64,000 bases of DNA, from the NCBI GenBank assembly GCA_035221665.1, contig CM069139.1, forward strand, positions 75,020,001 to 75,084,000. Direction: 5' to 3'. The notes under the pieces were generated by a model. It was not told the DNA's origin. It worked only from the letters and a program-made list of their open reading frames with translations, and did not search any database. Positions 52,683 to 64,000 of the stretch are shown one piece after another. The first letter of the stretch is position 1. Each line of letters opens with the position of its first letter. The position numbers were made by a program, and so were the translations under genes. Source of the stretch: Okamejei kenojei (Eukaryota).

Positions 52683-53062
52683 GCGGGGATGTCACTCTGA
52701 CGGACAAACCATACGTTATGAAGCAACTCGAATACAATGTCTCTGCCAACATTCCTCCCGATGCCAAACACCGGATAAAAATGAGCCCTTTGCTTTGGGG
52801 GACTGATCAGAAAAATTACCCAAACGATTTTGATTTCATCCTGGGCTCAGATATCGTGTACTGCCCAGTGCAATTTCCCCACCTTTTACAGACACTGAGA
52901 GCCCTCTGCGGCCCCAACACGGTCATTTACTTGTCTACTGATATGAAGTACAGAGAGGGGTCGGTCAACTTCCACGAGAACCTGTTGCCAGAGCAGTTTA
53001 ATAGCGAGGTCGTCAATACAAACAGAAGTAATTGCATTTACAAAGTGACCAAAAAACACTGA
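52683..53062 (+). CDS. EEF1AKMT3: EEF1AKMT3-like copy A, coding exon 3 (DxxY motif, stop); spliced protein 205 aa
   Basis: gccAG|GCGGGGAT; GDVTLTD...LLWGTD...DFILGSDIVY...IYKVTKKH*; exon phases join in frame (126+112+380=618 nt). Confidence 0.93.
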
Positions 53063-54464
53063 GCACCAGTTTCTGACGGAGAGCTAGGAAGCACACAAAG
53101 TTCACTATCTTGCTTCAAAGCAACTTTCCGCTCCGTCCTATTCCCCTTCGTTGATCAGGTTCTCCCAAATATTGATGATTCTTATTGTTATAATCTATTA
53201 ATATATTTAAACAACCCGTTTTTAATAAGAGGATGGGAATACAATTAGAGCAATCCACAAAGAATCGTCTTCCGGGTAACCACTAACACATCATTTCACC
53301 AGAGCCATGTAATTCTGAGATGCTAATGCGACTGGGTTACCGCAATAGTATAAGATGCCAAAGTAGATATCATTCTAAGGTAGACACAAAATGCTGGAGT
53401 AACTCAGCGGGACAGGCAGAGTCTCTGGAGAGAAATAATGTGTGACGTTTCGGGTCGAGAACCTTCTTCCTTGTGTCTACCTTCGATTAAAACCAGCACC
53501 TGCAGATCTTTCCTGCATGTAGATATCATTTTGTTTCATATCAATCCCGAACTGACACCCGGACTGTGAGAAAGTGCATCTTACCAACTAACATGAGGTG
53601 TACATTATGCATGCTATTATTAATGTATGCTGCTATTCTCACTAAACGGCGCGTGTGTGGATTTCCATCATAGTTAATAATGGAAAGGTATCTTTAATTA
53701 TCGAGTAATGTATTTAATTCCGGTCCGTTATGACTCCCGCGGATTTAAACCTTCAAGACATTATGTTCGTTTCATTTATAGCCGTTTAAGCGTCCTTAGA
53801 GGAAAGTGGAATTGATAAAACCAATCAGGCTCCAAATTGCTCTGGTTAAGTGGCTGGCGATGCATTAAACTCACGAGAGTTTGAAGTTTCTGGACACTCG
53901 GCCCACGTCCTTTCACCCACCGCCTCTGCCTAAACTCGCTGAAGTGAAAGCAACAAATCTAGTTCTACAAAGGCGATACACTCTGATTTTGTTTCTTTCT
54001 AAAGAGCAGCAAGTTGGGATGTTTACGTTTGTCCAAGGGATATCTATCCTGAGGGGGTGGGGAGTTCCTTTTGATCGAAGGAAATCGTATAACTGGGATG
54101 GAAGTGAATGAGTTTACCTCAGATTATGGCTGCAACACCATATAAATCAGTTATACTCCAGAGGGGACAGTCCGAACAAAATGGATCTAGAAGCGCGGAA
54201 TAAACAATTATTACTTTGCATTTCTTTTTCCAAAAGTTACGCAGTTTCGTATGAACCACTGCCCGTAAAATGTGAACAATATGAATCAAATAAATTGTCA
54301 CAATATACAAATTGATGTAAAGAGTCCATCGTTTATTTTCCAGTTATCGGAGAACAGACTCGTGCAATCGACAGAAAGAGTACTATGATCTCGCATATTC
54401 GTAATGATATGAATTTAAATATCTACGTGTGCAATTACTGAAAAATCTCGTAGATTGAATTACG

Positions 54465-54915
54465 TAGAACGTAGAATAGAACAGCACAGGAACAGACCCT
54501 TCGGCTTGCAGTGTTCATGCCGCATATGATACCAAATTAAATTAATCTCTTCTTCCTGCACTTAGTCCATATTCCTCCAGTCCCTGCCTACCATGTGCCT
54601 ACATAACACCCCCTTCAACGTTACCATCGTCTCTGCTTCCACCACGACACCGAGCAATGTGTTACAGGCACCCAGTACCCCCTGTGTAAATATCTTGTCA
54701 CCGCGTGTCTACCGCATGTCTCCTTTAAACTATGTCAATCTCATAATAAAGCCACGTCCTTTAGTTTTTGACATATCGACCATAGGAAATAATATTCTGT
54801 GCGTCAGATTTATGCCTCCCATAATTTTATATACTTTAATCAGATTTCCCTCGCCCTCTGGCTTTCCAGAAAGAAACCAATGCAGGTCTGTCCAACCTCT
54901 CCTTAAAACGAATAT
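54465..54915 (-). mobile_element. Decayed CR1 3' fragment
   Basis: TAGAACAGCACAGGAACAGACCCTTCGGC tail; similar to the 3910 copy. Confidence 0.6.
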
Positions 54916-56379
54916 CCTCTAATCCTTTGAGTCTGAAGAAGGGTTTCGGCCCGAAACGTTGCCTATCTCCTTCGCTGCATAGATGCTGCTGCACCCGCTG
55001 AGTTTCTCCAGCATTTTGTGTGCCCACCCTCTAATCCAAGGTAGACAAAATGCTGAAGAAACTCCGCGGGTGAGGCAGCATCTATGGAGCGAAGGAAATA
55101 GGCGACGTTTCGGGTCGAGACCCTTCTTCAAATTCTAATCCAAAATTCTTAAAATACAATTTGGTCATACGGCAGGTAAATTTGAAAGACATATGAATCG
55201 CGGGGTTAAATGTGCCTAGACATATTTTCCACTACGATGGTTCAAATTACGATGGTCATACAGTTCTGTTTCAACAATGTTTATATTGTGTCTTTCATTT
55301 ATCTACCCTAGACTGAAAGTGGACGAAGCAGGTGCAACTGAAATGTGCAGATTTAAAATTTAGATTTAAAAGAATTAATCGAAATGCAATACACCACAGA
55401 AAACGAGTAGGCGACGTTTCGGGTCGGCCCCCTCAAGAGACCCTTCATCAGACGTTGTCTATTCCTTTTCTGCAGAGATGCTGCCAGACTCGCTGAGTTA
55501 CTCCAGCATTTTGTGTCTATAATTGGAAAAGCTGTTGTAATGATGCAGAGTGTTTTTTCTAGAATTAATAATGCTTCTCCCAGTCGATCAGCAGTAAGAC
55601 TGTGGAGCTTCCACATAATATGGGCGCACTTTGCTCTGCTTTCGGATGCTCAAAGTACACGTTAATGCCCACACTTCTGATGAAGCGTTTCTTCTTTCCA
55701 CGCATGCTGACTGAGTATTTGTATTATTTTCTATTTTATAATAAATCACAAATGCTGGCAAACAACGAGAAAATTGAATTGAATTTTGAATTGAATTATC
55801 CTTGAATTGAATTGTCATTGAATGAATTGTCGTGCCTTGCAGTCATACATACAATAAAATAACAAAAACACACAATAAACACACATTTAACATCCACCAC
55901 AGTGAGTTCACCAGGCACCTCCTCACTGCGATGGAAGGCAAAAGTCTTAAAGTCTTTGTCTCTAGTGTGCATCAGTGTGCATCATTGGTTTTGTGGAAAA
56001 AGGCAAAGGCGCCACTAGCTATTCTCTGAGACCACATCCAAAGATCCAGGTCAATAAAAGAAAAACAAAACCAAGCAACGCCGGTCCGCAGTACAACAGT
56101 TTAAGATTTATTATTTGCATTACAACGCAATTAATATTTACAAATAACAAACGAGCAATAGACTGTGACTATTTCGGATATTCTACAGAACAATCAAAAC
56201 TGAATTAGTACACAGTATTGGTTCATAAAGAACGTCCCACTTTTAGCAGGCGATGTTTGTGTGGTAATGTGCTTTGGCAGTGAAACGAACGACCCTCTGC
56301 TTGGAAACATATCGCTCGCATATTCTAGTTCTTGTACAATAGAGGGAAAGGAACAGGCCGGCAGATATATAATCTGCAG

Positions 56380-56771
56380 GCATCTCTGGAGGGACTGAAA
56401 ATAGCTGTGCGTCGACGTCCCCCATCCAACCTGACAGAGCTTGGGAGAATCTGCAGAGAAGAATGGGAAAAATTACCCAAATACAAGTGTGCCAAGCTTG
56501 TAGCGTCATACCCAAGAAGACTTGTGGATGTGATCGCTGCCAAAGGCGCTTCAACAAAGTACTGAGTTAAGGTTCTGAGTTCTTATGTAAATGTGATATT
56601 TCAGGGTTTTTTTAATTTGCAAAAAATTCTAAACACCTGTTTTCGCTTTTTTACTATGGGGTATTGTGTGTAGATTTATTATTTAAAAAAATGAATCAAT
56701 TTTAGAATAAGGCTGTAACGTAACAAAATGTGGAAAAAGTGAAGGTGTCTGAATACTTTCTGAATGCACTG
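56380..56771 (+). mobile_element. Tc1-like DNA transposon 3' end (transposase C-terminus plus right TIR)
   Basis: LKIAVRRRPPSNLTELGRICREEWEKLPKYKCAKLVASYPRRLVDVIAAKGASTKY*; TIR ends GAATACTTTCTGAATGCACTG followed by TA. Confidence 0.92.
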
Positions 56772-58119
56772 TATAATTAAAAAAAAGTCAACGGGAACTT
56801 CCGTTTGTCGTATTCATTGTTAGCATGGACAGATTCATTCGGGGCACCCAATTACCTTTTTACCTACACTTTATGTCATTTCATTCGATAACAAACCATA
56901 TTGTAGTCAGAATTCTGGGAATTAGCAGTAATTGGTATTTATTTTAGACCAGACAATTGCAACTCCAATCACAAAGCTACTGGGTCTATCAGATGGTTCG
57001 TCAAACAAGCAGCTTCATCGTCAATTTGCAATTTGTGAAATAATAGACGAATGTTCAGAAGAACGCGTAGATGTCGGGATGGAAAGAGATGAAGGCGAAT
57101 GATGATTAGTTGCTCCGCCTAGTGGCCGCACCCTGTCTAATAATGACTTTGGGTTAAGTTATATCGGCCAGTTGCGACATTTTGAAACCCATGTGAAAAT
57201 GTTCCGGGTGCTTTTAATCTACGGGGCCTTCCTAAGTTTTTCTTTTTGCTTTGGCGGCATAAATAACAGACGACGCAAATCCGAGTCAATGGCGTAGTGA
57301 GAAGTGTCATTAATATTGGAACAGGGTAAGGTGAGAATTTAAGATAGACACAAAAAGCTGGAGTAACTCAGCGGGCCAGGTACCATTTCTGGAGGAAAGG
57401 AATAGGTGACGTTTCGGGTCGAGGCTCTTTATCGGACTGAGAATCAGGGGAAAGGGAAACGAGAGATATAGACAGTGATATATAGAGAGATATAGAACAA
57501 ATGAATTAAATATATGCAAAAAAGTAACGACGATCAAGGAACGGTGGGGCCCACATGGTCCATTGTTGGCTGTAGGCTAGGTGATAACGAGGTAAAAAGA
57601 CAGTGAAACTCAACAGTTCGACAGTGTAACTAGTACGACGAGCAGAGTGGGGGAGGGACCGCGAGAGAATTTAAATTGCGTGTTGGTAGACGTGAGCTTG
57701 ACACGGAAACGTAACTCACTTGCACTTATTGAATCAAAGTGTGGCGTCTTTTAAAGAAAGCTTATCTGTATTGAACACAAATTAATGTAAAGCCCCGCTA
57801 TGAAACACCAGATTACGGCCAACCCGGGGTCGGAATTGAAAATAATTATGGACATAGTTACATCGTTTTCATTTCGATGTCCCACCCCAAATGTTAGCAA
57901 AGGATAGCAGATACGGTAAATGTGAAATAAAAAGAGAACATTCTGGAAACGCTCAGGAGATCGGGCAGCATCCGTGTAAAATGTACATAAACCTTAACTC
58001 TGTTTCTCTTTCCTCAAAAAGATGACTGGCCCATCGCTCGTTACCAGCATTTTCCCTTTTTATATCTAGCTTCAATATTGCTGGTAAGTTGTTTGCCCAT
58101 CCCTCTATCTGAAATAATC

Positions 58120-58517
58120 TCATTCCCCCTCTGGGCGTTCTTTTTTTTTTGTCAATTTGTAAATGTTATTGTTCCCGCTTACGTGAATTAACTCGCAATT
58201 AAACTGCCCCGGCAGCATTTCTTGGTGGAAGTTGGTGGCTCCATCTCTGGCTGTCATGTTAGAACACATGTAAACTATAGTTTGCTCGTTGCAAAGGTGA
58301 AGAAGTGTTTGCAAAAGATCTACAAAATGGACAGGGTTGTACACAATGTCCGATCCCAGAATGACATCGAAGTCGGATGGATAGTTGTTCTGATCAGTGC
58401 CCCATGCAAGAGCACTGATTTTGGAGCGGTGCCTGGAGCTGACTGGGATGTTTGCAGATACGTTGTATTCTATTTGTTTCAAAACGTATGGTCTGTCCGT
58501 CAGGGTGACATCGCCGC
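58120..58517 (-). CDS. EEF1AKMT3: EEF1AKMT3-like copy B, coding exon 3; spliced protein 213 aa
   Basis: Minus strand ttcctcAG|GCGGCGAT; GDVTLTDRPY...LAWGTD...DVILGSDIVY...KKKERPEGE*; 132+112+398=642 nt. Confidence 0.93.
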
Positions 58518-59617
58518 CTGAGGAAGGAAAACATCAAACAGCGGTCATCTTTTGGTTCCAGCATGAATGCGCGGGGCAGAGTTAGAATGTCCCGCCCACT
58601 CCCCTGACATCAATCTGAAGAAGGGTATCGATCCGAAACCTCGCCCATTCCTTCTCTCCAGAGATGCTGCCTGCCCCGCTGAGTTACTCCAGCATTTTGT
58701 GTCTACCTTCGATTTAAACCGGCAGTTCTTTCCTACACAAACCCCGAAGGCTTGGTGAGATGTGAGGGTGTAGTTACCGGATTTCAATAAGATATGGACA
58801 GGCTGGTTGAAGGGGAAAATAGGAGGCAGATGAAGTTTACTGCTGAGAAAGGTGAAGGCTGCATTTTGGTGGGAAGTGTGGAAAGTGGTAATCTCAACGT
58901 AACGATTCCAATACAAACAAACCGGTAGAACTAAAAGGAGAACAAGAACGGCGAGATCTGGGTGCATATTTGCAAATAAAACTGGTTGAGAATTTGGATG
59001 AGCATCTGCCCTGCTGATCGGTGTAAAATTGAGGAGCGGGAAAAATAATGATGTGCCTTTTTGTAATTTTGGCTCGGTCACAGCTGGCGGGCTATGCCTG
59101 TTTCGGAGTGACACGTTTTAAGACATGTGAAGGATTTGCATAATGTGCAGAAGAAATTTCCTAAAATGGTTCCTGGGACATTAGTTAAACGAACATTCCT
59201 GGGAGGGTCACACGTTCACAAGTTATAGGAGTAGTGAATCTCATTCGGTCCATCGAGCCTACTCCGCCATTCAATCATGTCTGACCTCTGCATCCAAATC
59301 CCATTTTCCTGCCTTCTCCCTCGGTGGGAAGGCGGGTTTGTTCGCCTTGGAACACAATTGTTCTCCTTGTTGGGATTGTTTTCCTAGGAACACAAGATCT
59401 TGAGAAATAATCTGATATATTCAAGTCAAGTGGGCGAAGAACGCAGAAAAAGATTGCTGATGACGGACGGGGTCAAGATTTATAGGATACAGAACGGTGT
59501 GATTGGCAATAGCACCACAAAATGTACGAAAATATCTTCAACGCTGACTAAAGATAGGCACGAAAAGCTGGAGTAACTCAGCGGGACAGGCACCATCTCT
59601 GGAGAGAAGGAGTGGGC

Positions 59618-59645
59618 GACGTTTCGGGTCGAGACCCTTCTTCAG
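59618..59645 (-). ncRNA. Minimal hammerhead ribozyme core (Penelope type)
   Basis: Minus strand CTGAAGAAGGGTCTCGACCCGAAACGTC, identical to the 29186 core. Confidence 0.7.
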
Positions 59646-61238
59646 ACTGCTTCATCAACGCTGACCTGTTAGGGTCTGCCAATGGCAATGGTAGACGGAG
59701 ATGGAACTGTTGCTTAAAAATGAAGTGAATACATCAATGCGCTGTGCAAGCGAGTTCGGCTATTTTGTAGAACCAGCACGGAGATGGGCGGCATCGCGTC
59801 CAACGATTCCCTAAACCGTGATCCTTCACCAAGCAAGAAGCAAATAACTTCACGATGACTGAAGTAATTCATTGTTTTTAGAACATGAAAGCAAAAATTT
59901 AGGAAGATCCCTCACACTATTCGATAATCCAGACGGCATGACCTACAGACTGCGCTTCGGGGTATCTCATTGGAGCAGCTATTTGAGTTTCTGCCTCACA
60001 GCGTCAGAGACCAGGGTACGACCCAGACCTCGGATATTGTATATATGGAGTTTGCATGTTCTCCCTGTGACCGCGTGGATTTCGTCCGAGTGCTGCGTTT
60101 TCTTCTCATATCCCAAAGACGTGCGGGTTTGTAGGTTAATTAGTCTCTGTAAATTGTCCCGAATATGTAGGGGGGTGTTTGCGAAAGTGCGATACCATAC
60201 AACTGGTGGTCGGCCTGGACTAGGTGTGCCGGAGAGCATATTTCCATGCGGTAGATTTCAATCAGACAAGGACGTGGAGCTGTAGTTTGTGACAGGGTTG
60301 GTGACATATATGGTGGTTGCTCAGCCTATGCAGCGGCACGGTGGCGTAGCGAGAGAGCTGCTGTCTTACAGCGCCAGAGACCCGAGTTCGATCCTGACTT
60401 CAGGTACCGAGTTACGAAGTTTGTACGTTCTCCCCGGGTGCTCTGGTTTCCTCCCACACACCATGGACGTACATGTTTGTAGGTTAATTAGGCCTTAGTA
60501 AAAATGTTAAATTCTCCCTATTGTGTAGGATAGTGCTGGTGTACTGGGATCGCTGGTCCGAAGGGTCTGTTTCCGCGCTGTGTCTCTAAACTAAAGTAAC
60601 TGAATTTACATAGATCTAACCATTAAATATTATAAATGTAATGCTCCGTGGGTCATTCCTGATTTATGTTACAGTTTTCGTGAGCCTAAACAAATCTTCC
60701 AGTGATCACCTTGATTGCTGTTGTGCTATTTGCGGAAATGCTTTGCTTATACACACAGTAGATCTTGTATACGACAAGAGATGTTTTTAAATTCTTCTTC
60801 TCATTGTGTTTGCTGCTTGTATTTGCCCTATTCTTGCTCATTTAACATACCGTTTGTGTATAAAACCGTGCACAGGGAATGACACGGACGCGAAGGAGAT
60901 GGGCGACGTTTCGGGTCGCCCATCTCCTTCGATCCTTAGATGCTGCTGCACCCGCTGAGTTTCTCCAGCCTTTTGTGTACCCTCGATTCTCCAGCATCTG
61001 CAGTTCCTTCTTTAACACGCGCATACTCAGAAATGGGCATTAATATCTCGGAATATGGATAAAAAACACGCCACCAGTGCAGCCACATTCTTTATAGAAG
61101 TAGACCCGCTGACAGCCCAACACAACACAACACACAACTCCAACGTATGTTGGAGATCTAAGCGGACCTGTAACTTTGTAGACACTATGGGCCTTTCCTT
61201 ATTCAAATCGAAGTACATTATTTCCGAAATCATCTTTA

Positions 61239-61586
<348 letters not shown>

Positions 61587-61617
61587 TTAGGATACTCAAG
61601 TTAAGATAATCTCAAGG

Positions 61618-62605
61618 TAGACTCAACATGCTGGAGTAACTCAATGGGCGAGGTAGCATCTATGGAGAGAATGAATTGGCGACGTTTTCGGGTCGAGACT
61701 CTTCTTCACTCATGTCAGGGGAGTGGGCGGGGCAAGGAAAGAATGTAGGCGGAGACAGTAAGACTAGTGGGAGAACTGGGAATGGGGAGAGGAGAGAGAG
61801 CAAGGGCTACCTGAAGTTAGAGAAGTCAACGTTCATACCGTTGGGTGCAAATTACCCAAGCGAAATAGTCCTCACCCTTGTGAGGACCCCTTCTCCCGTC
61901 TCCAATGAATCCCCTCCTCTTGAACTCCCCTTCATGGCCTGCTTTTGACCTTTTTATTTTAAACTACCGGCGGGACATCAACCACCTCAACTTCTCCACT
62001 CTAAACCCCCCCCCCCCCCCCCCCCCCCTTGAACGTACAGCCCTGCACTCACTCTGCAACAATCCCGACTGGGTGATCGAACCTGCCGTGGTGGTCTGGC
62101 GCGCTCTCCTCTACCGGTCTGAGGCCAGGCGACAACTCTCAGGCACCTCTTCCTACGTATCCTTGGACCAGGACCCCACAGACGAGCACCAGGCCATTAT
62201 CTCAAACACCATCACGGGCTTCATCTCTTCCGGCTTCCAGCCCACCCAAGCCTCCAACCCCATCGTTCCCCAGCCCCGCACAGCCTGATTTTACCTTCTC
62301 CCCAAAATCCACAAACCTGACTGTGCAGGGTTTGACCCATTGTTTCTGCTTGTTCTTGTCCCACCGAACTTATTTCCATCTACCTCGCCTCCATCCTATC
62401 CTCTCTGGTCTAATCCCTCCCTATCTATATCCAAGACACCTCTTAGTCTCCTCCGTGACTTCCGTTTTCCAGGCCCCACTCCCTCATCTTCACCATGGAT
62501 GTCCAGTCACTCTACACCATCCCCAATCAGGAGGGTCTTAAAGCCTTCGTTTCTTCCTCGACCGCAGAACCAACCAATCCCCATCTACAAATACTCTCCT
62601 CCGCC
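61618..62605. mobile_element. Rearranged Penelope-like element (terminal repeat and endonuclease end on minus; reverse-transcriptase fragment on plus)
   Basis: ...ALHSLCNNPDWVIEPAVVVW...LYRSEARRQLS...FYLLPKIHKP...MDVQSLYT Penelope reverse-transcriptase motifs. Confidence 0.75.
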
Positions 62606-63068
62606 TCGGGTGAGAGGAGAGTGAAAGCGCGGATAACGATTCCCGGCTTTTGTGACCCGACATATGCATGGAAGTAAAGGATTAAGGGCACCATTGCGCG
62701 GAATTACGAAGTGAAATGTGTGGTAATGGACATAGCGTATTGACAGGTTGGGTAAATGGATGTGAATTAAGAGAAAAATATGGATGGCGAAGATCCATTT
62801 GATGAAACGCAGCAATGCCGCTGTAATGCGGTCCCTTTCCTTGTTAAGATCCATGGGAAGTATTGTTTTTAAGGTAACACTCAGCTCAGGTCCGGTTCCT
62901 GTAGAAGGGATAAATTGAGGGTTACGAATAGCACTTTAACGGGGAAACATTTGGAGAGGGCGGCGGAGATAGGTTATGCAACTACCGGTCTGTTGGCCCG
63001 AGTGTTGGTAAAATACGTCCATGGAAGGGATTGCACACAGTGCATTGGTTACAGGCTGCTAGACTTAC

Positions 63069-63200
63069 GGGTTCCCAGACAAAACCAGAGACGCCGAGAT
63101 ACGCTCCTTTAAACGTCGCGATCGTTAAATGGTGTCCACTAAATTCATATTGCTTCTCTTCCTTTTCCCACAAGAGGGTAGTATCCTCAGAGCTGTTCAT
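63069..63200 (-). CDS. EEF1AKMT3: EEF1AKMT3-like copy B, coding exon 1
   Basis: MNSSEDTTLLWEKEEKQYEFSGHHLTIATFKGAYLGVSGFVWEP then |GTAAGT. Confidence 0.9.
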
Positions 63201-64000
63201 CCTCTTTGGTTTTCAGTTGACTAACTGATCCACGGCAGGATGACTCCGGTCTTGGATATAAATTTCTACCAGATTGAGAACTACAAGTCTGGTAAAGCTA
63301 CTCTGAAGCAGAGATGCGTCGAATGTATTTCTAAAACCACTGTGCTGTATATTGGGGCTTGCGGAAAAACACATTGTGTCTACTGTGATAAAAAGATACA
63401 ACTGGCGAGTGAAATTATTCATTGAATTCAGCAGAGGGTATTGACCTTAGATTTTAGAACGGGTTCCTAGCCTGGTCGTGTTATAAATGTTACATTTACT
63501 TTACAAAGTACCCACGTAAATCCACCAGTTTTAGCTTAGTGACGTACTCTTATACTGAGCACATTGGTAATTATAATAACATTAACATCACCTGTCAGTT
63601 TTTAATAACACTTTTCTATCATAATCATATATTGGTGCTGCCGGAAGTTAATCTCCGAAAATAACCTAATATATTCGTATTTTTATTTCCAATGTTGAAG
63701 AAGTTGTTTCTAGTTGTTCGCTCCCTTCTATTTGGAACAAACTAGTTACAACTTAACGTGGATTTTTTCTTTAAAAGAAAATGGATGAGATATCGAAATA
63801 CCTTGACTGACATCCTCCCAAGTACTGTATTTAAGTGTTTATGGTGAGGCAAGCCCTTTGTTATAATATTGTTTTAAAGTATTATGTAATGACAACTTTC
63901 CAAATAATACTTTCAACGTTTAATCCTGCACTGCTACATCCACTACAGCTCAAAATAACGGAAGGGAACACATTTTTCAGGGTAAAACACAAGATCCTGG

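Noticed and set aside
38905-60600. tRNA-like A/B boxes (GGTTCGATCC)
   Set aside because: They are heads of V-SINEs followed by the V-domain and tail, not cloverleaf tRNA genes

Overview
Vertebrate genomic DNA, most likely from a cartilaginous fish (skate or ray), judged from the repeat families: HE1-type V-SINEs, CR1, Rex1/Babar and Penelope. Bases 1-27.3 kb (+) hold the 3' half of calpain-3 (CAPN3). I traced 12 coding exons, equivalent to human exons 13, 14 and 16-24, including the IS2 exon, a U12-type minor intron and the stop codon (WLQLTIYA*). No intact exon-15 (NLS) equivalent was found; there is a candidate microexon with a defective acceptor at ~3.5 kb. Bases 45.9-63.2 kb hold two intact, convergent, 3-coding-exon EEF1AKMT3/METTL21B-like lysine methyltransferase paralogs (~61% identical over the last exon), inside a >25 kb domain that looks CpG-retaining by eye. 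Introns and intergenic DNA are dense with transposon remnants. Most notable is an abundant family of short Penelope-derived elements carrying minimal hammerhead ribozyme cores, often arranged as palindromes and flanked by 9-23 bp target-site duplications. Also present: Harbinger-type MITEs, a HERO-like retroelement 3' end, a teleost-like Tc1 end and a probable solo LTR. There is one assembly gap at 47220-47602. Repeat boundaries are approximate and family names come from motif recognition, not database searches.
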